Virus record (IMG/VR): IMGVR_UViG_3300031414_000005
DNA: 64,000 nt
Origin: a virus
Taxonomy: Duplodnaviria > Caudoviricetes
Strand: one strand, 5' to 3'
Shown piece after piece: positions 8,869-18,229 of this stretch (the stretch's first letter is position 1; every line of letters begins with the position of its first letter). The notes beneath the pieces are model-generated. The model was not told the DNA's origin, ran no database searches, and saw only the letters and a list, made by a program, of their open reading frames with translations. Made by a program: the position numbers and the translations under genes.

Positions 8869-9552
8869 ATGAAATACTGGGATGCTATTGGGATGTTAAC
8901 GTGGGGTGATGAGCGCATGGCTGTGCAGGCGAGTACACCTCAGCGTGAAGAAGCTATAATGCGTCAGCCAGATGGTGAGATCAAACTCGTCAACTTACGC
9001 AACGCTACTCTGAGTGATTACAACCACGCAGGAATGAACAACGACAACTGGGCGCTGGCACATGTCAGTAACGATGCAGGGGTGATCCATTTCCGTCACC
9101 TTACGGTTAGTAGCAATCTTACCGATGCCATTAAGTGCCACCCCGACTCGAAGTTGTACCGTCGTCTGAGTTGGGACCTTGATGTTTGGCTCGACCCGGC
9201 AAAGGGTCTGCGCAGTGACGATTCGTTAATGGGTTGGGAACCTTACGACCTGACAAAGGGCGAGTCGCTTGCAGAAGACTGGGTGGCAAAGACCCAGTAC
9301 ACCTCCGAACACACACCTGGAATTGAATACACCGTGGGGCAACGGATGGTGGGGTTCCACAAAAAGACTGGATTGACCAACGACCAGCTGATTGGCAAAG
9401 AAAGGATTGCCAGTGTCATCACCGTGTTGCACGGTATGCGGGTTGCGAGCTCATCCCCTGAACAGTGTCGGTTGTTAAGTGTGGCCATCACCAAACTGGA
9501 AGAGGCTGACCTCTGGGTAACGAAAGCCCTGGGGGTGTTTGATGACGCTTGA
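8869..9552 (+). CDS. Fusion of two degenerate Tad2-like domains and a C-terminal Acb2/Tad1-like helical hairpin
   Basis: MKYWDAIGML..G...NDNW, then R..SW...WL...LAEDW, then RLLSVAITKLEEADLWVTKA (Tad1/Acb2-type T..EEA.MW helix). Confidence 0.65.
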   Translation: MKYWDAIGMLTWGDERMAVQASTPQREEAIMRQPDGEIKLVNLRNATLSDYNHAGMNNDNWALAHVSNDAGVIHFRHLTVSSNLTDAIKCHPDSKLYRRLSWDLDVWLDPAKGLRSDDSLMGWEPYDLTKGESLAEDWVAKTQYTSEHTPGIEYTVGQRMVGFHKKTGLTNDQLIGKERIASVITVLHGMRVASSSPEQCRLLSVAITKLEEADLWVTKALGVFDDA

Positions 9553-9748
9553 TGAGGCAGTGGCCAGTGCAGGCGGGTGTCACCGTTATGTGAGTCGTCG
9601 TTGCTGGGCACATCATCCCAACCCCTACCGGATTTCGTACCTGGGTTTATCGGTAGTCTATGTGGTGTGTCGTAACCCGTTTGGGCGTATCCGTCCCTGG
9701 GTGCCCAAGAAAGACGACGCGGTTGCAACCGACTGGTATGTTATGTAA
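9542..9748 (+). CDS. Small Tad2 (DUF2829)-like protein
   Basis: MTLDEAV...VSRRCW...WVPKKDDAVATDW, 68 aa. Confidence 0.7.
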   Translation: MTLDEAVASAGGCHRYVSRRCWAHHPNPYRISYLGLSVVYVVCRNPFGRIRPWVPKKDDAVATDWYVM

Positions 9749-9755
9749 ATCCATT

Positions 9756-9780
9756 AGGGAGGGCTTACGCCTTCCCTTTT
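9756..9780 (+). terminator. Intrinsic terminator
   Basis: AGGGAGGGC-TTAC-GCCTTCCCT followed by T run. Confidence 0.75.
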
Positions 9781-9797
9781 AACCGAACGAGGGTGTC

Positions 9798-10088
9798 ATG
9801 AGTAAAACGTCCCACCGTCTGCAAAAGCAGCGCTCAGAAGCCATGAGCTATGAAGAGGCCATGGTCAAGCTGAATGCCGGGTTTGCTATCACGCTGAAGA
9901 CCTGGGGTGATCAGGGGTTTTATATTGTCAAGGTAACCGAAGCTCGTCCAGTGCGGGGATATGAGCCGGGGGATATCGTGCGTAAGTGGCGTTATGGTCG
10001 CTTCTACAGTTTCCCGATGAGCATGTATGTGAACTCCCATAACTGGTTGCTGTATGACGAGACGAAAGACCGCCCTGCTTATTACTGA
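9798..10088 (+). CDS. Degenerate Tad2 (DUF2829)-like protein
   Basis: MSYEEAMVKLNAGFAITLKTWGDQGFYI...SHNWLL. Confidence 0.6.
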   Translation: MSKTSHRLQKQRSEAMSYEEAMVKLNAGFAITLKTWGDQGFYIVKVTEARPVRGYEPGDIVRKWRYGRFYSFPMSMYVNSHNWLLYDETKDRPAYY

Positions 10089-10395
10089 TCGTGCTAAAAT
10101 ACCGCTTCTATTTATTTTAAAACAAACTTCCCCTAGATTCTATGTCCCGTACAGCTTTTCGAAGTCGTCACGAACCGGGATCGGGGGAACCACTACAAAG
10201 GATGCGTCTGCGCCGCCTGTCTGTGTTTAAAAGTCACTATCATACTCTACCACATTAACAGATACACTCTGGGGGAAAGGGGGTAAACTTTATAAAGGGG
10301 TTTATCAGGAAGAGGGGGAGGCCCCAAGCCGGACACGCTGACGTATTTATTCTAATCATCCGGAGCGAAAGCTCTTTTTAAGGACTGCTGAAAAA

Positions 10396-11388
10396 ATGAA
10401 AAACAAAACGCCGATCTATGATCCAAAACGCGGTACGCAACCCTTTAGATTTGAAGACGTGTATTGTGCAAAGAATGCAGAAGCCCGTCCTGATGAGATC
10501 GACCAGATGTACGTTCTCATGGTGGGTGACATGGTCGTCGGTGATGTGTGCTGGTATGTACACGCAGTAGACCCGGAAACGTTCGAACCCACCCTGGTCC
10601 AAATATCCACGAAAGTAAAACCCGATACCCCACTCATAAGGAACAACGACCAACACGTGCTGGCCGCCGTGACGTATGACGACCTGGTGCTACATCATGA
10701 AACAGTGGTGGCGGCGCAGAACCATACGCGTCCACTGGGGGTGGACTTGGTCAAGGCGATGTATGAAGGTTACGGGTTGAAGTTTGATCAGTTTGAACTC
10801 ATCAATACCTTGTACCTGTGTATGGAAGGGGATCGTGATGGTGGGCCAGGGGCGGTATCACCGGACTGGCGGGTGAACGTGGTGGCTAACGTGGCGAACG
10901 GGGGCAATGTCGATAACATCCGCCAGGCCTTTGACACTTTATTGCTGTCAGCGCCGGACATGAAACACCCGCTGGAGGAACTGATTGAAAACGGGATGAG
11001 GATGTTCCATCGCCAGTGTGTGATTCAAAATACCCAGGAGTCGATCACTTCACTGTTAGGCACGTTCTTCAGTATGCAAACGACCCAACCTAACACCTCA
11101 CGCTCAATCCAACACCTTGGAAAACGTGTGGGCGTGTTTTGCACCTCCAAAGATGACCGGCGGAGCCTCCACCCGATTCTGGCCATGGTGTTGGATTTGG
11201 TGGACCTGTCCCTGTGGAACCGCAGCGGATCGATTTCGTATCTGCTGGGTGACCAAGCCAACAGCCCGGAGCAGTTGGGGTATTACTTTGAATACTTCGG
11301 CGAAACCGGTACGGTGGAATACCCGGCGGGGATTATCATGGGTGGTGACAAAGGTGTCATCTTACTGCACCCACCAACCCGTAACTAA
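10396..11388 (+). CDS. Hypothetical protein
   Basis: 330-aa ORF, AAGGA RBS; no motif recognised. Confidence 0.8.
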   Translation: MKNKTPIYDPKRGTQPFRFEDVYCAKNAEARPDEIDQMYVLMVGDMVVGDVCWYVHAVDPETFEPTLVQISTKVKPDTPLIRNNDQHVLAAVTYDDLVLHHETVVAAQNHTRPLGVDLVKAMYEGYGLKFDQFELINTLYLCMEGDRDGGPGAVSPDWRVNVVANVANGGNVDNIRQAFDTLLLSAPDMKHPLEELIENGMRMFHRQCVIQNTQESITSLLGTFFSMQTTQPNTSRSIQHLGKRVGVFCTSKDDRRSLHPILAMVLDLVDLSLWNRSGSISYLLGDQANSPEQLGYYFEYFGETGTVEYPAGIIMGGDKGVILLHPPTRN

Positions 11389-11394
11389 GGTAAG

Positions 11395-11425
11395 CATCAA
11401 AAGAGGAGGCCCCAGGGCCTCCTCT
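11395..11425. terminator. Terminator between convergent genes
   Basis: AGAGGAGGCC-CCAG-GGCCTCCTCT stem; short T tract on the minus strand. Confidence 0.75.
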
Positions 11426-11431
11426 ATGACG

Positions 11432-12523
11432 TTATCTTTCTACCAGGATACGAATGTCGCCCAGGGTGCTGAGAACCCAGGAGCGTACCGCAGGATCAAC
11501 ATTTCCCACCTCCATCAGCCGTCCGTTCTCCAGTTCAGTGATCGAACGTTTCACGGTGTTGAGGAGATCTGTTAATGCCCCGAAATGTAACTGTTGCATT
11601 TTCAAGGTGCACCAGATCAATGTCAGCTTGCTGGCTTCCCATGCCCAAGTAGTGGGTCGCACGTCAAGCACATCCGGGATTTTCACCGCCTGATACCCGT
11701 CGCCCCAGAGGGTGGGGTAGTACAACATGTGATGGCGGACGTTCTTGATTGTGGTGCCAGCCAGTGCATCCAGTTGGTACTCAATCAATTCATCCAGCAG
11801 GTTGTGGTTATCGGTGACCGCAATGGACGGTGTCACCAGTTGATCACCCCCTAACCCAAAGTATGCCGCATGCATCCGGTTGATCACCGCCTGGTTGTTA
11901 AAGGAGCGCAACAGGTTGACCAACGGGTACATCATCAGGAAGTGGGTGTACGTTTCTGCTTCCAGTTTGTTTTCTGCGACATAGTTCCGGTAAAGTATGT
12001 ACTGCAATGCCAGCAAGGGCACATCGACGGTATACACCACAGGGGATGTTTGTTTTTCAGGTACCGGGTCACGGCCATCAAACGGCAGGTATCGAAGACC
12101 TGTTTGCCCATGACGGATCACCTTTATCGGCTCCAGGTCACGCCAACCAATTAACCAATCCCGGATAAAAGGTTCGCCACCCAGCCCGATGATGACGTCC
12201 TGGTACCCATCCCCTGTGAAGTTGTGTCGACTCTTTGTCCCTGCTGCGCGTTGCTCACACGTGAAGTCCACGGCCGCGGCATACTTGAGATAGTTGTCTT
12301 TAATGAGGTAATAATAAGCGCGATAATCCTGACCGGTAAATGCCGGTAGCTGACGCAGTAACGTGACCAACGGGTGGTCCCCTTTGGTAAAGTAGGTGGT
12401 GTTGCGATAATGCTTTTGCACCTTCTCATAGTTCTGCTGTTCCAGCCGACGCAAGTTCTCCAGCCGCGGGTGCATCTTCACCGGATAACTCTGGGTGTTG
12501 TTAGACTCGTACAGTTGATACAT
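11432..12523 (-). CDS. Conserved phiKZ-like protein divergent from chimallin (gp52-like, probably virion-associated)
   Basis: 363-aa ORF; minus-strand position between the DNA polymerase and chimallin, as I recall in phiKZ-like genomes. Confidence 0.6.
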   Translation of the reverse strand: MYQLYESNNTQSYPVKMHPRLENLRRLEQQNYEKVQKHYRNTTYFTKGDHPLVTLLRQLPAFTGQDYRAYYYLIKDNYLKYAAAVDFTCEQRAAGTKSRHNFTGDGYQDVIIGLGGEPFIRDWLIGWRDLEPIKVIRHGQTGLRYLPFDGRDPVPEKQTSPVVYTVDVPLLALQYILYRNYVAENKLEAETYTHFLMMYPLVNLLRSFNNQAVINRMHAAYFGLGGDQLVTPSIAVTDNHNLLDELIEYQLDALAGTTIKNVRHHMLYYPTLWGDGYQAVKIPDVLDVRPTTWAWEASKLTLIWCTLKMQQLHFGALTDLLNTVKRSITELENGRLMEVGNVDPAVRSWVLSTLGDIRILVER

Positions 12524-12678
12524 ACCCGCACCTTATAAATGAATGTAATGAGGATTCGTTTTTCTATACGATTAATACGTTATTATATGTCGTGTGACAC
12601 AATCACATTACTCATAGCGCTGATCCCGCTATGGGTATAGGGTTATGATGCGAATATGTTGAGGTTTTGCGTAAAGCT

Positions 12679-12702
12679 AAAAAATCTCAAGTCGATATTA
12701 TC
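12679..12702 (+). promoter_or_regulatory. Candidate early promoter motif A upstream of chmA
   Basis: A-tract...GTCGATATTATC; same motif at 17123, 22170 and 27167. Confidence 0.6.
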
Positions 12703-12776
12703 ATAACGATGCAGTGCACTGTGTCATTTATACTTTGAGCTCAAGTAGTTTAACTTTTTATTTAAGGATTGTTCTA

Positions 12777-14756
12777 ATGCGTACACCTGAAGAAAACACC
12801 AACCAGTCTTCTAGCAACGATCTGGCTAACCAGCTGGACAACGCTCTCAACAACGATCGTCAGCAGTCTACCGCACGTCCTGCGGCAGATGAGTCTGAAG
12901 CCCGCCCAACGATCAGCCGTGCACGTCATCGTCGTGTGTCAGTTGATGAAGGCGGCGACAGCTTCCGCAGTAAACTGGCCGCGATCAACGAGCACATCAA
13001 AGCAGACCCTGCTGCTGATGGCTTCGGTCAGTCCTGGGACCTGGTACCAATCCTGGCCAGCCAGAACAGCCTGAACTTCGACGGCGCAGCGTACGTTGTT
13101 CTGTTCGATAACGTGAGCAATGGTCGCACCGATCAGATGGCGTATTTCTACACCATGATGTTCGAAGATGCCGGTGCCCTGCTGCAACCCCGCAGCGAGC
13201 GCAACCAGCTGACTGGCGAAGCCATGCAGATCCCGGTCATGGCAGGCAGCCAGTACGACGCGATCTACATCCGCGCCGTGATCAAAACGATTGCACGTAA
13301 GTTCAATCTGCCAGAGAAAAACGTGCGTAACGCCGGCGGCATGGCTGTCCCAAGCTTTACGCAGATGACCTCACTGGCCATCCGTGACCTGCTGCTGAAT
13401 GCCGATAACGCCGTCAGCGCACGTGCAAACATCGACTCTGGCTACCAGATGGAAGATGCGATCGGCATGGCGGACATCGGTCCTAAAGACCAGACGTTCC
13501 TGCGCTTTGACTTCAACCAGTCTCAGACCCTTCAGTTCGACAACGTACCAAACCGTACCGACGTGCAGGTGACACTCAGCAAACGTTCAGGCAGCCAGGG
13601 TCAGACCAGCCGCGATGAAACCATGCTGAAAGTCAACGCGATGCTGATCGCTCAGTATAACGAACCGAACAAACAGCCGCAGTATAACGAGTACAACCAG
13701 CCGGTCATGCCGTCTACTCAGGTTTACTCACCACTGCTGGTCATCACCGGTTCCGAATCTGGCCGTGCGCTGAACCACGTCGAAAGTCTGGAACAGCGTC
13801 TGCTGGCAATCGCCACTGCGATGTACCTGAACCGTAATGCGAACTGGATCAACATCCTGACGCCGAAGAAAGGTAAAGAAGATCTCACCGACATCGGTGC
13901 CTTCAATATCGACTTCGTTCGCAACATGAAAGGTCATCCGGCGTTCGCGCAGGCTGAGCAAGCTGGTAAGTTCAACCCGGAGAAAGTGGATACCCACGGT
14001 CCATCATTCGGCCAGGCTGAAGTGTTCCAGTACATCAGCAAGATGTTCTTCCCGAACCTGACCATCGCAATGGACGTGCTGCAAGGCGGTGAGAAATCCT
14101 GGATCGATAACCTGATCCTGCTGGCAAGCATGGCGCCAAACGCAACCATCGACATCACTGATGAAGATAACCCAGTTGCGCGTGCCAACCGCCAGATCAT
14201 CAGTTCCATGAACCTGACCTCTAAAGGCAAGTTCAAAGAGCTGCTGGAAGAAGGTTTCGGTAAGTTCCGTCTGGGTCAGCCGCTGGTCATCAACGACGGC
14301 ATCCTGTACCCTGCGGGTTACTACAACTTTGCCGATGAGCGTCGTGACATCCGTGACTTCAGCCTGCTGGAGATCCTGAACGTCGCCGGTAACGAGCAGT
14401 ACGAATGGGTTGAGCGCTGGAAACGTGCTACCTCTCCGAACTGGAATTATGACAATAACTTCCGTATCGTTGAGATGCTGACCATCCTGACCAAATTCGC
14501 ACCGGGCTTCAAACACACCGGTTACTACAGCCGTCCGATCATCAACCCGAATCTGCTGGCAACCTACATGGCCGCTCTGGCGCGTGCAGGCCTGGCACCG
14601 GGTCTGGGTAACTTCACCAGCACCTTCAACGAAAACAGCTATGGTCAGTCTACTGCGGCTCAGTTCTCTCTGGGTGCAGATATTTCTTACGGCCAGCAGC
14701 AGGGCTCTCCAGCCCAGGGCAACCAGCAGACCAGCAACTGGTTCTTCAGCAACTAA
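12777..14756 (+). CDS. chmA: Chimallin, major phage nuclear-shell protein
   Basis: 659 aa from ATG 12777 (AAGGA RBS). Motifs AMDV..GGEKSW and GYY....RRDIRD match chimallin. Disordered N- and C-terminal segments. Directly upstream of the nvRNAP beta'-N gene. Confidence 0.9.
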   Translation: MRTPEENTNQSSSNDLANQLDNALNNDRQQSTARPAADESEARPTISRARHRRVSVDEGGDSFRSKLAAINEHIKADPAADGFGQSWDLVPILASQNSLNFDGAAYVVLFDNVSNGRTDQMAYFYTMMFEDAGALLQPRSERNQLTGEAMQIPVMAGSQYDAIYIRAVIKTIARKFNLPEKNVRNAGGMAVPSFTQMTSLAIRDLLLNADNAVSARANIDSGYQMEDAIGMADIGPKDQTFLRFDFNQSQTLQFDNVPNRTDVQVTLSKRSGSQGQTSRDETMLKVNAMLIAQYNEPNKQPQYNEYNQPVMPSTQVYSPLLVITGSESGRALNHVESLEQRLLAIATAMYLNRNANWINILTPKKGKEDLTDIGAFNIDFVRNMKGHPAFAQAEQAGKFNPEKVDTHGPSFGQAEVFQYISKMFFPNLTIAMDVLQGGEKSWIDNLILLASMAPNATIDITDEDNPVARANRQIISSMNLTSKGKFKELLEEGFGKFRLGQPLVINDGILYPAGYYNFADERRDIRDFSLLEILNVAGNEQYEWVERWKRATSPNWNYDNNFRIVEMLTILTKFAPGFKHTGYYSRPIINPNLLATYMAALARAGLAPGLGNFTSTFNENSYGQSTAAQFSLGADISYGQQQGSPAQGNQQTSNWFFSN

Positions 14757-14784
14757 GTAGTTCGTCTGGCAGCCAACTGAAAAC

Positions 14785-14813
14785 GGGGAGAGCTTTCGGG
14801 CTCTCCCCCTTTC
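14785..14813 (+). terminator. Intrinsic terminator after chmA
   Basis: GGGGAGAGCT-TTCG-GGCTCTCCCC followed by T tract. Confidence 0.85.
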
Positions 14814-14841
14814 TATCGCTTTCATTTTTTGTAGGGGTTGT

Positions 14842-16314
14842 ATGGATACCACATATATCGATAGTAGCCTGTATCCGGCGATTACCGACCACGACGCCGT
14901 GTTCAATAACCTGCGGCTGAAACCGGTGATCATCAACCATTTCGACCCGCGGTTAGAAGAAGACCGTAAACAGATTCGTGAACTCACCACCTGCCATTAC
15001 AACAGCGACCAGATCTCGGTAACACCGAAATGCAGCTGTGGGCATATCCGTGGTGGGTACGCAGCTGATCTGAACCGACTGTGTCCGTTGTGCGGTACAC
15101 GTCCGGAGAAACTCACGGAAAGTAAAATCCAATCCAACGTTTGGATGGAAGTCCCGCCAGGGGTACTGGGGTTTATTGAACCTAATATCTGGACGGTGTT
15201 CTTTGATAAGTTCCGCTATAACAAAGGGGGGTTCAACCCATGGGAATGGTTAGCTGGCATGAGTTATGCGACTAACCAGGATGCCCTGATCAACTCTGCT
15301 GCATTGATTGAAGACCTGAAAGCCATGGGGCTTGATCGTAACCGCGGTATCAACAGTTTGATTACCAACTGTGATATGCTGGTGAACTATCTGCTTGATG
15401 ACTCGATGGTGAAGAAACTGCGCCAGAACAGCCGGGAACACCTGTATGAGTTCTATCAGGAAAACCGCCATCTGTTCTTCCCGAAACACCTGCCTGTTCC
15501 GAACCGTATTCTGTTTATCGTGGAAGACAACGCCACCGGCCGTTATGCAGACTACGATCAGAAAGCCGCCAAAGATGCTGTTCTCACGATCACATCTCAG
15601 CACCAAACGGATGATCCTCGCACACTAACCAGCAAACAGTTAGCGCACAACGAGAAAATCACGTATCGTGCTTCGCGGTATTTCCAGGAGTTCTATCTGG
15701 CGTATGAGAAGGAGAAACTCTGGCCGAAGTCCGCAATCATCCGTCAGAACGTCGTGGGCACCCGTGTGGCATTCAGTGGTCGTGGGGTCATCACCTCATT
15801 AACCCGTCCGCACCGTCACACTGACATTATTCTGCCGTGGTCGATTGTGATCCCGATGTTGCAACCGCACTTCCTGAACCGGTTGTATCGGCGTGGGTAT
15901 TCACCGATTGATGCCCTGAGCCTGATTAACTCCCACATCCATAAGTGGCACCCGGTGTTGGATGAGATCATCTCAGAATTTGAACAAAAGGGGATTCGTA
16001 TCACGATCGGGCGTAACCCGACCTTACAGTGGTTGTCAATTCGCGCTTTCATTTGTAAACATGTCAACCGCAACCCCGATGAGAAATCGATCCAGCTTTC
16101 CATCCTGACCGTAAAACCGTTTAACGCGGACTTTGACGGTGATGAGATGAGCATCATGTTCCACCCGGATAACATCATTTGGGCGGACATCCAGGGTCTG
16201 GCTTCTCACCAGTGTGTGCTTGACATGAACAAACCCTTCACGATCGGTGGGAACACCAACTTACCAACCGTGGCGATTGCGAACCTTAATCGCTGGAAAA
16301 TGTCTCACGATTAA
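14842..16314 (+). CDS. rpoC: Non-virion RNA polymerase beta' subunit, N-terminal part (phiKZ gp55-like)
   Basis: Zn-finger CSCG...CPLC; R..FSGRGVI; R.PTL; catalytic NADFDGD. Confidence 0.93.
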   Translation: MDTTYIDSSLYPAITDHDAVFNNLRLKPVIINHFDPRLEEDRKQIRELTTCHYNSDQISVTPKCSCGHIRGGYAADLNRLCPLCGTRPEKLTESKIQSNVWMEVPPGVLGFIEPNIWTVFFDKFRYNKGGFNPWEWLAGMSYATNQDALINSAALIEDLKAMGLDRNRGINSLITNCDMLVNYLLDDSMVKKLRQNSREHLYEFYQENRHLFFPKHLPVPNRILFIVEDNATGRYADYDQKAAKDAVLTITSQHQTDDPRTLTSKQLAHNEKITYRASRYFQEFYLAYEKEKLWPKSAIIRQNVVGTRVAFSGRGVITSLTRPHRHTDIILPWSIVIPMLQPHFLNRLYRRGYSPIDALSLINSHIHKWHPVLDEIISEFEQKGIRITIGRNPTLQWLSIRAFICKHVNRNPDEKSIQLSILTVKPFNADFDGDEMSIMFHPDNIIWADIQGLASHQCVLDMNKPFTIGGNTNLPTVAIANLNRWKMSHD

Positions 16315-16341
16315 GCACACTCCTCAACAGGGTAAAGTATC

Positions 16342-16965
16342 ATGTATGTAAATACCGGTTTGGATGATTTCGATTCAGCCATCTCTGCACCGCCTACGAA
16401 AGATGCGCTGAGTTTCTTTGCAGAACAAACCCAACGAATGATGAGTTCGGTCGGTGAAGTCTTCAATCCGTTCTATGAACAGATGGCGACATCATTGAAC
16501 CAGACCTATCAAAACTTTGTGACCAGTCGACCGTGGGAACTGGCACAAGCCCTCGAACGCCGTACCCGTCATTTGTTTGATCATGACGACATCCGTCGCT
16601 TAGCAGATTTGGGATCGGTGCAGCAAGCCAAATCCCATATGCAGCGTTGGATCATGGCGTGTCCGGAAGTTCGTGAGTTGTATCATGAACAGAAGCTCGA
16701 TGGCTATTCTGACACCTATGTGGATCAGGAACCAACTGTGATTGGCGGCTGGGCACAGTACGACTACCGTCGTCTGATGGATGGTGTGGTGTGTGTCGAA
16801 GATGAGAGCTGGGGTTATACCAACGTGTACGAAACGCTCCGGGAAGGGGACAAGCCACTCACCATCGGTGAAGTGTCGGATATCCTCGTCACCCATGAGA
16901 ACATCAAGCACTTGTTGGCAACCCAGGCATTTGACCCAACGAGCAAATACAATGCACGGCGTTAA
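16342..16965 (+). CDS. Conserved nucleus-block protein (phiKZ gp59-like, tentative)
   Basis: 207 aa directly after beta'-N; contains Y..DYRR.MDG and a C-terminal DPT; assignment by synteny. Confidence 0.55.
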   Translation: MYVNTGLDDFDSAISAPPTKDALSFFAEQTQRMMSSVGEVFNPFYEQMATSLNQTYQNFVTSRPWELAQALERRTRHLFDHDDIRRLADLGSVQQAKSHMQRWIMACPEVRELYHEQKLDGYSDTYVDQEPTVIGGWAQYDYRRLMDGVVCVEDESWGYTNVYETLREGDKPLTIGEVSDILVTHENIKHLLATQAFDPTSKYNARR

Positions 16966-17033
16966 TACCAATTGTATAGCTTGTTGGCGACGAATGAACA
17001 ATAACATCGTCCCGACCAGGTGAGGCGCATTTT

Positions 17034-17062
17034 AGGGAGAGCTTCGGCTCTCCCTCTTTTTT
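17034..17062 (+). terminator. Intrinsic terminator
   Basis: AGGGAGAGC-TTCG-GCTCTCCCT followed by T6. Confidence 0.9.
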
Positions 17063-17122
17063 CCATTTTCTTTTTTTTGATTAAACAGGCAATCGTTAAA
17101 ATTTAGATTACAGACTGCTTCA

Positions 17123-17135
17123 GACCGATATTATC
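17123..17135 (+). promoter_or_regulatory. Candidate early promoter motif A
   Basis: GACCGATATTATC, 55 nt upstream of ATG 17191. Confidence 0.6.
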
Positions 17136-17190
17136 CAGGTGAATAAGAAACAATGCTGTTTCTTCCCTATACAACACCGAGGTAATAATC

Positions 17191-17694
17191 ATGGCTGGAT
17201 CAATCAACTTCTCTGCTAACAACACCGTTAAACTGGCTGATGCTGACACCCTGCTGAAAGCAAACAAACGTAACATGCTGATCAGTAGCGCAGGTATGGT
17301 TGCCGGTTACATTGGTGGCCTGATGAGCGTAGACCCCGAGTCACACAAAGCGATTCGTAATGTCCAGGGCTTTGCCATCGGCCTCGGCGTAGTCGCCTGT
17401 GGCATGAGCATCTCTGATCGTTATTTCACTGTGGCTGATTACGCACGTCGCAGCAAAAATAGTCAACGTGAAATCGACATCGAAGGTCTGGCTCAGGAAG
17501 GCATGTTACCAACCGTGAAAAACATGGCCGGTAACTTTGCAAAGTATGCGCTGATCATGAGTGCACCTGCGGCAGTTATCCGTGGCGGCGCCGAAACCTA
17601 CAAACTGTACCAAGACGGTACCCTGGGTGACGCACTGCGCAGCTTCCGTGGCAATGTTGCTGACGTCGTTGACGACGTTGTTGAAGAAATCTAA
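17191..17694 (+). CDS. Hypothetical membrane protein
   Basis: 167 aa, GAGGT RBS; several Gly/Ala-rich hydrophobic segments. Confidence 0.75.
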   Translation: MAGSINFSANNTVKLADADTLLKANKRNMLISSAGMVAGYIGGLMSVDPESHKAIRNVQGFAIGLGVVACGMSISDRYFTVADYARRSKNSQREIDIEGLAQEGMLPTVKNMAGNFAKYALIMSAPAAVIRGGAETYKLYQDGTLGDALRSFRGNVADVVDDVVEEI

Positions 17695-17756
17695 TTTGGT
17701 GCGGGGGTATTCAGTATCCCCGCCTTAACCCCTATTTAATCAAAGGAATTTAACCC

Positions 17757-18197
17757 ATGTCCCCGATCACTTTAGCTTTGTTGGCACTGTTCTTTTTTGT
17801 GACTGTAGGCGTACGTGAAATGCATAACCGTAATACCGTTCATTATGCTTTCCGCTGCGCCTACGGCTATCTGATTTTTCAGATGCCAATTGGTGAAGGC
17901 GAGAACGGTATATGGCGTCAGTTCCACAAAAACATCCTGGAAGTCAACAAGCCCTCTGAGCGCTTGGAAGACAGCATCTGGGGTGCGGCACATTACCTGA
18001 ACGATCTGGCTATCAACCGTTCACTGAACCCACGTCAGCAAGCCTTTGTGTTTGCCAGCGTGCTCGGCATGAAGGAATACGAAAACGTGATTCCAAAAAT
18101 CCGTACCCGTAAAACCGTGCGTGAGGTGATCTACCTGGCCGAGAAAGCCATGGCAGAAACCGATGCTACCAAACGCTTTATGACATTAGTAGGGTAA
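17757..18197 (+). CDS. Hypothetical protein with an N-terminal membrane anchor
   Basis: MSPITLALLALFFFVTVGV; AAGGA RBS. Confidence 0.75.
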   Translation: MSPITLALLALFFFVTVGVREMHNRNTVHYAFRCAYGYLIFQMPIGEGENGIWRQFHKNILEVNKPSERLEDSIWGAAHYLNDLAINRSLNPRQQAFVFASVLGMKEYENVIPKIRTRKTVREVIYLAEKAMAETDATKRFMTLVG

Positions 18198-18203
18198 TGA
18201 CCA

Positions 18204-18229
18204 GGGGATGAGGCGAAAGCTTCATCCCC
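18204..18229 (+). terminator. Terminator-like hairpin
   Basis: GGGGATGAGGC-GAAA-GCTTCATCCCC; T8 tract a short distance downstream. Confidence 0.7.

Noticed and set aside
12609-12637. 11-bp hairpin between chmA and the divergent gene
   Set aside because: A single hairpin with no T-tract or repeat partner is not enough to call a feature.
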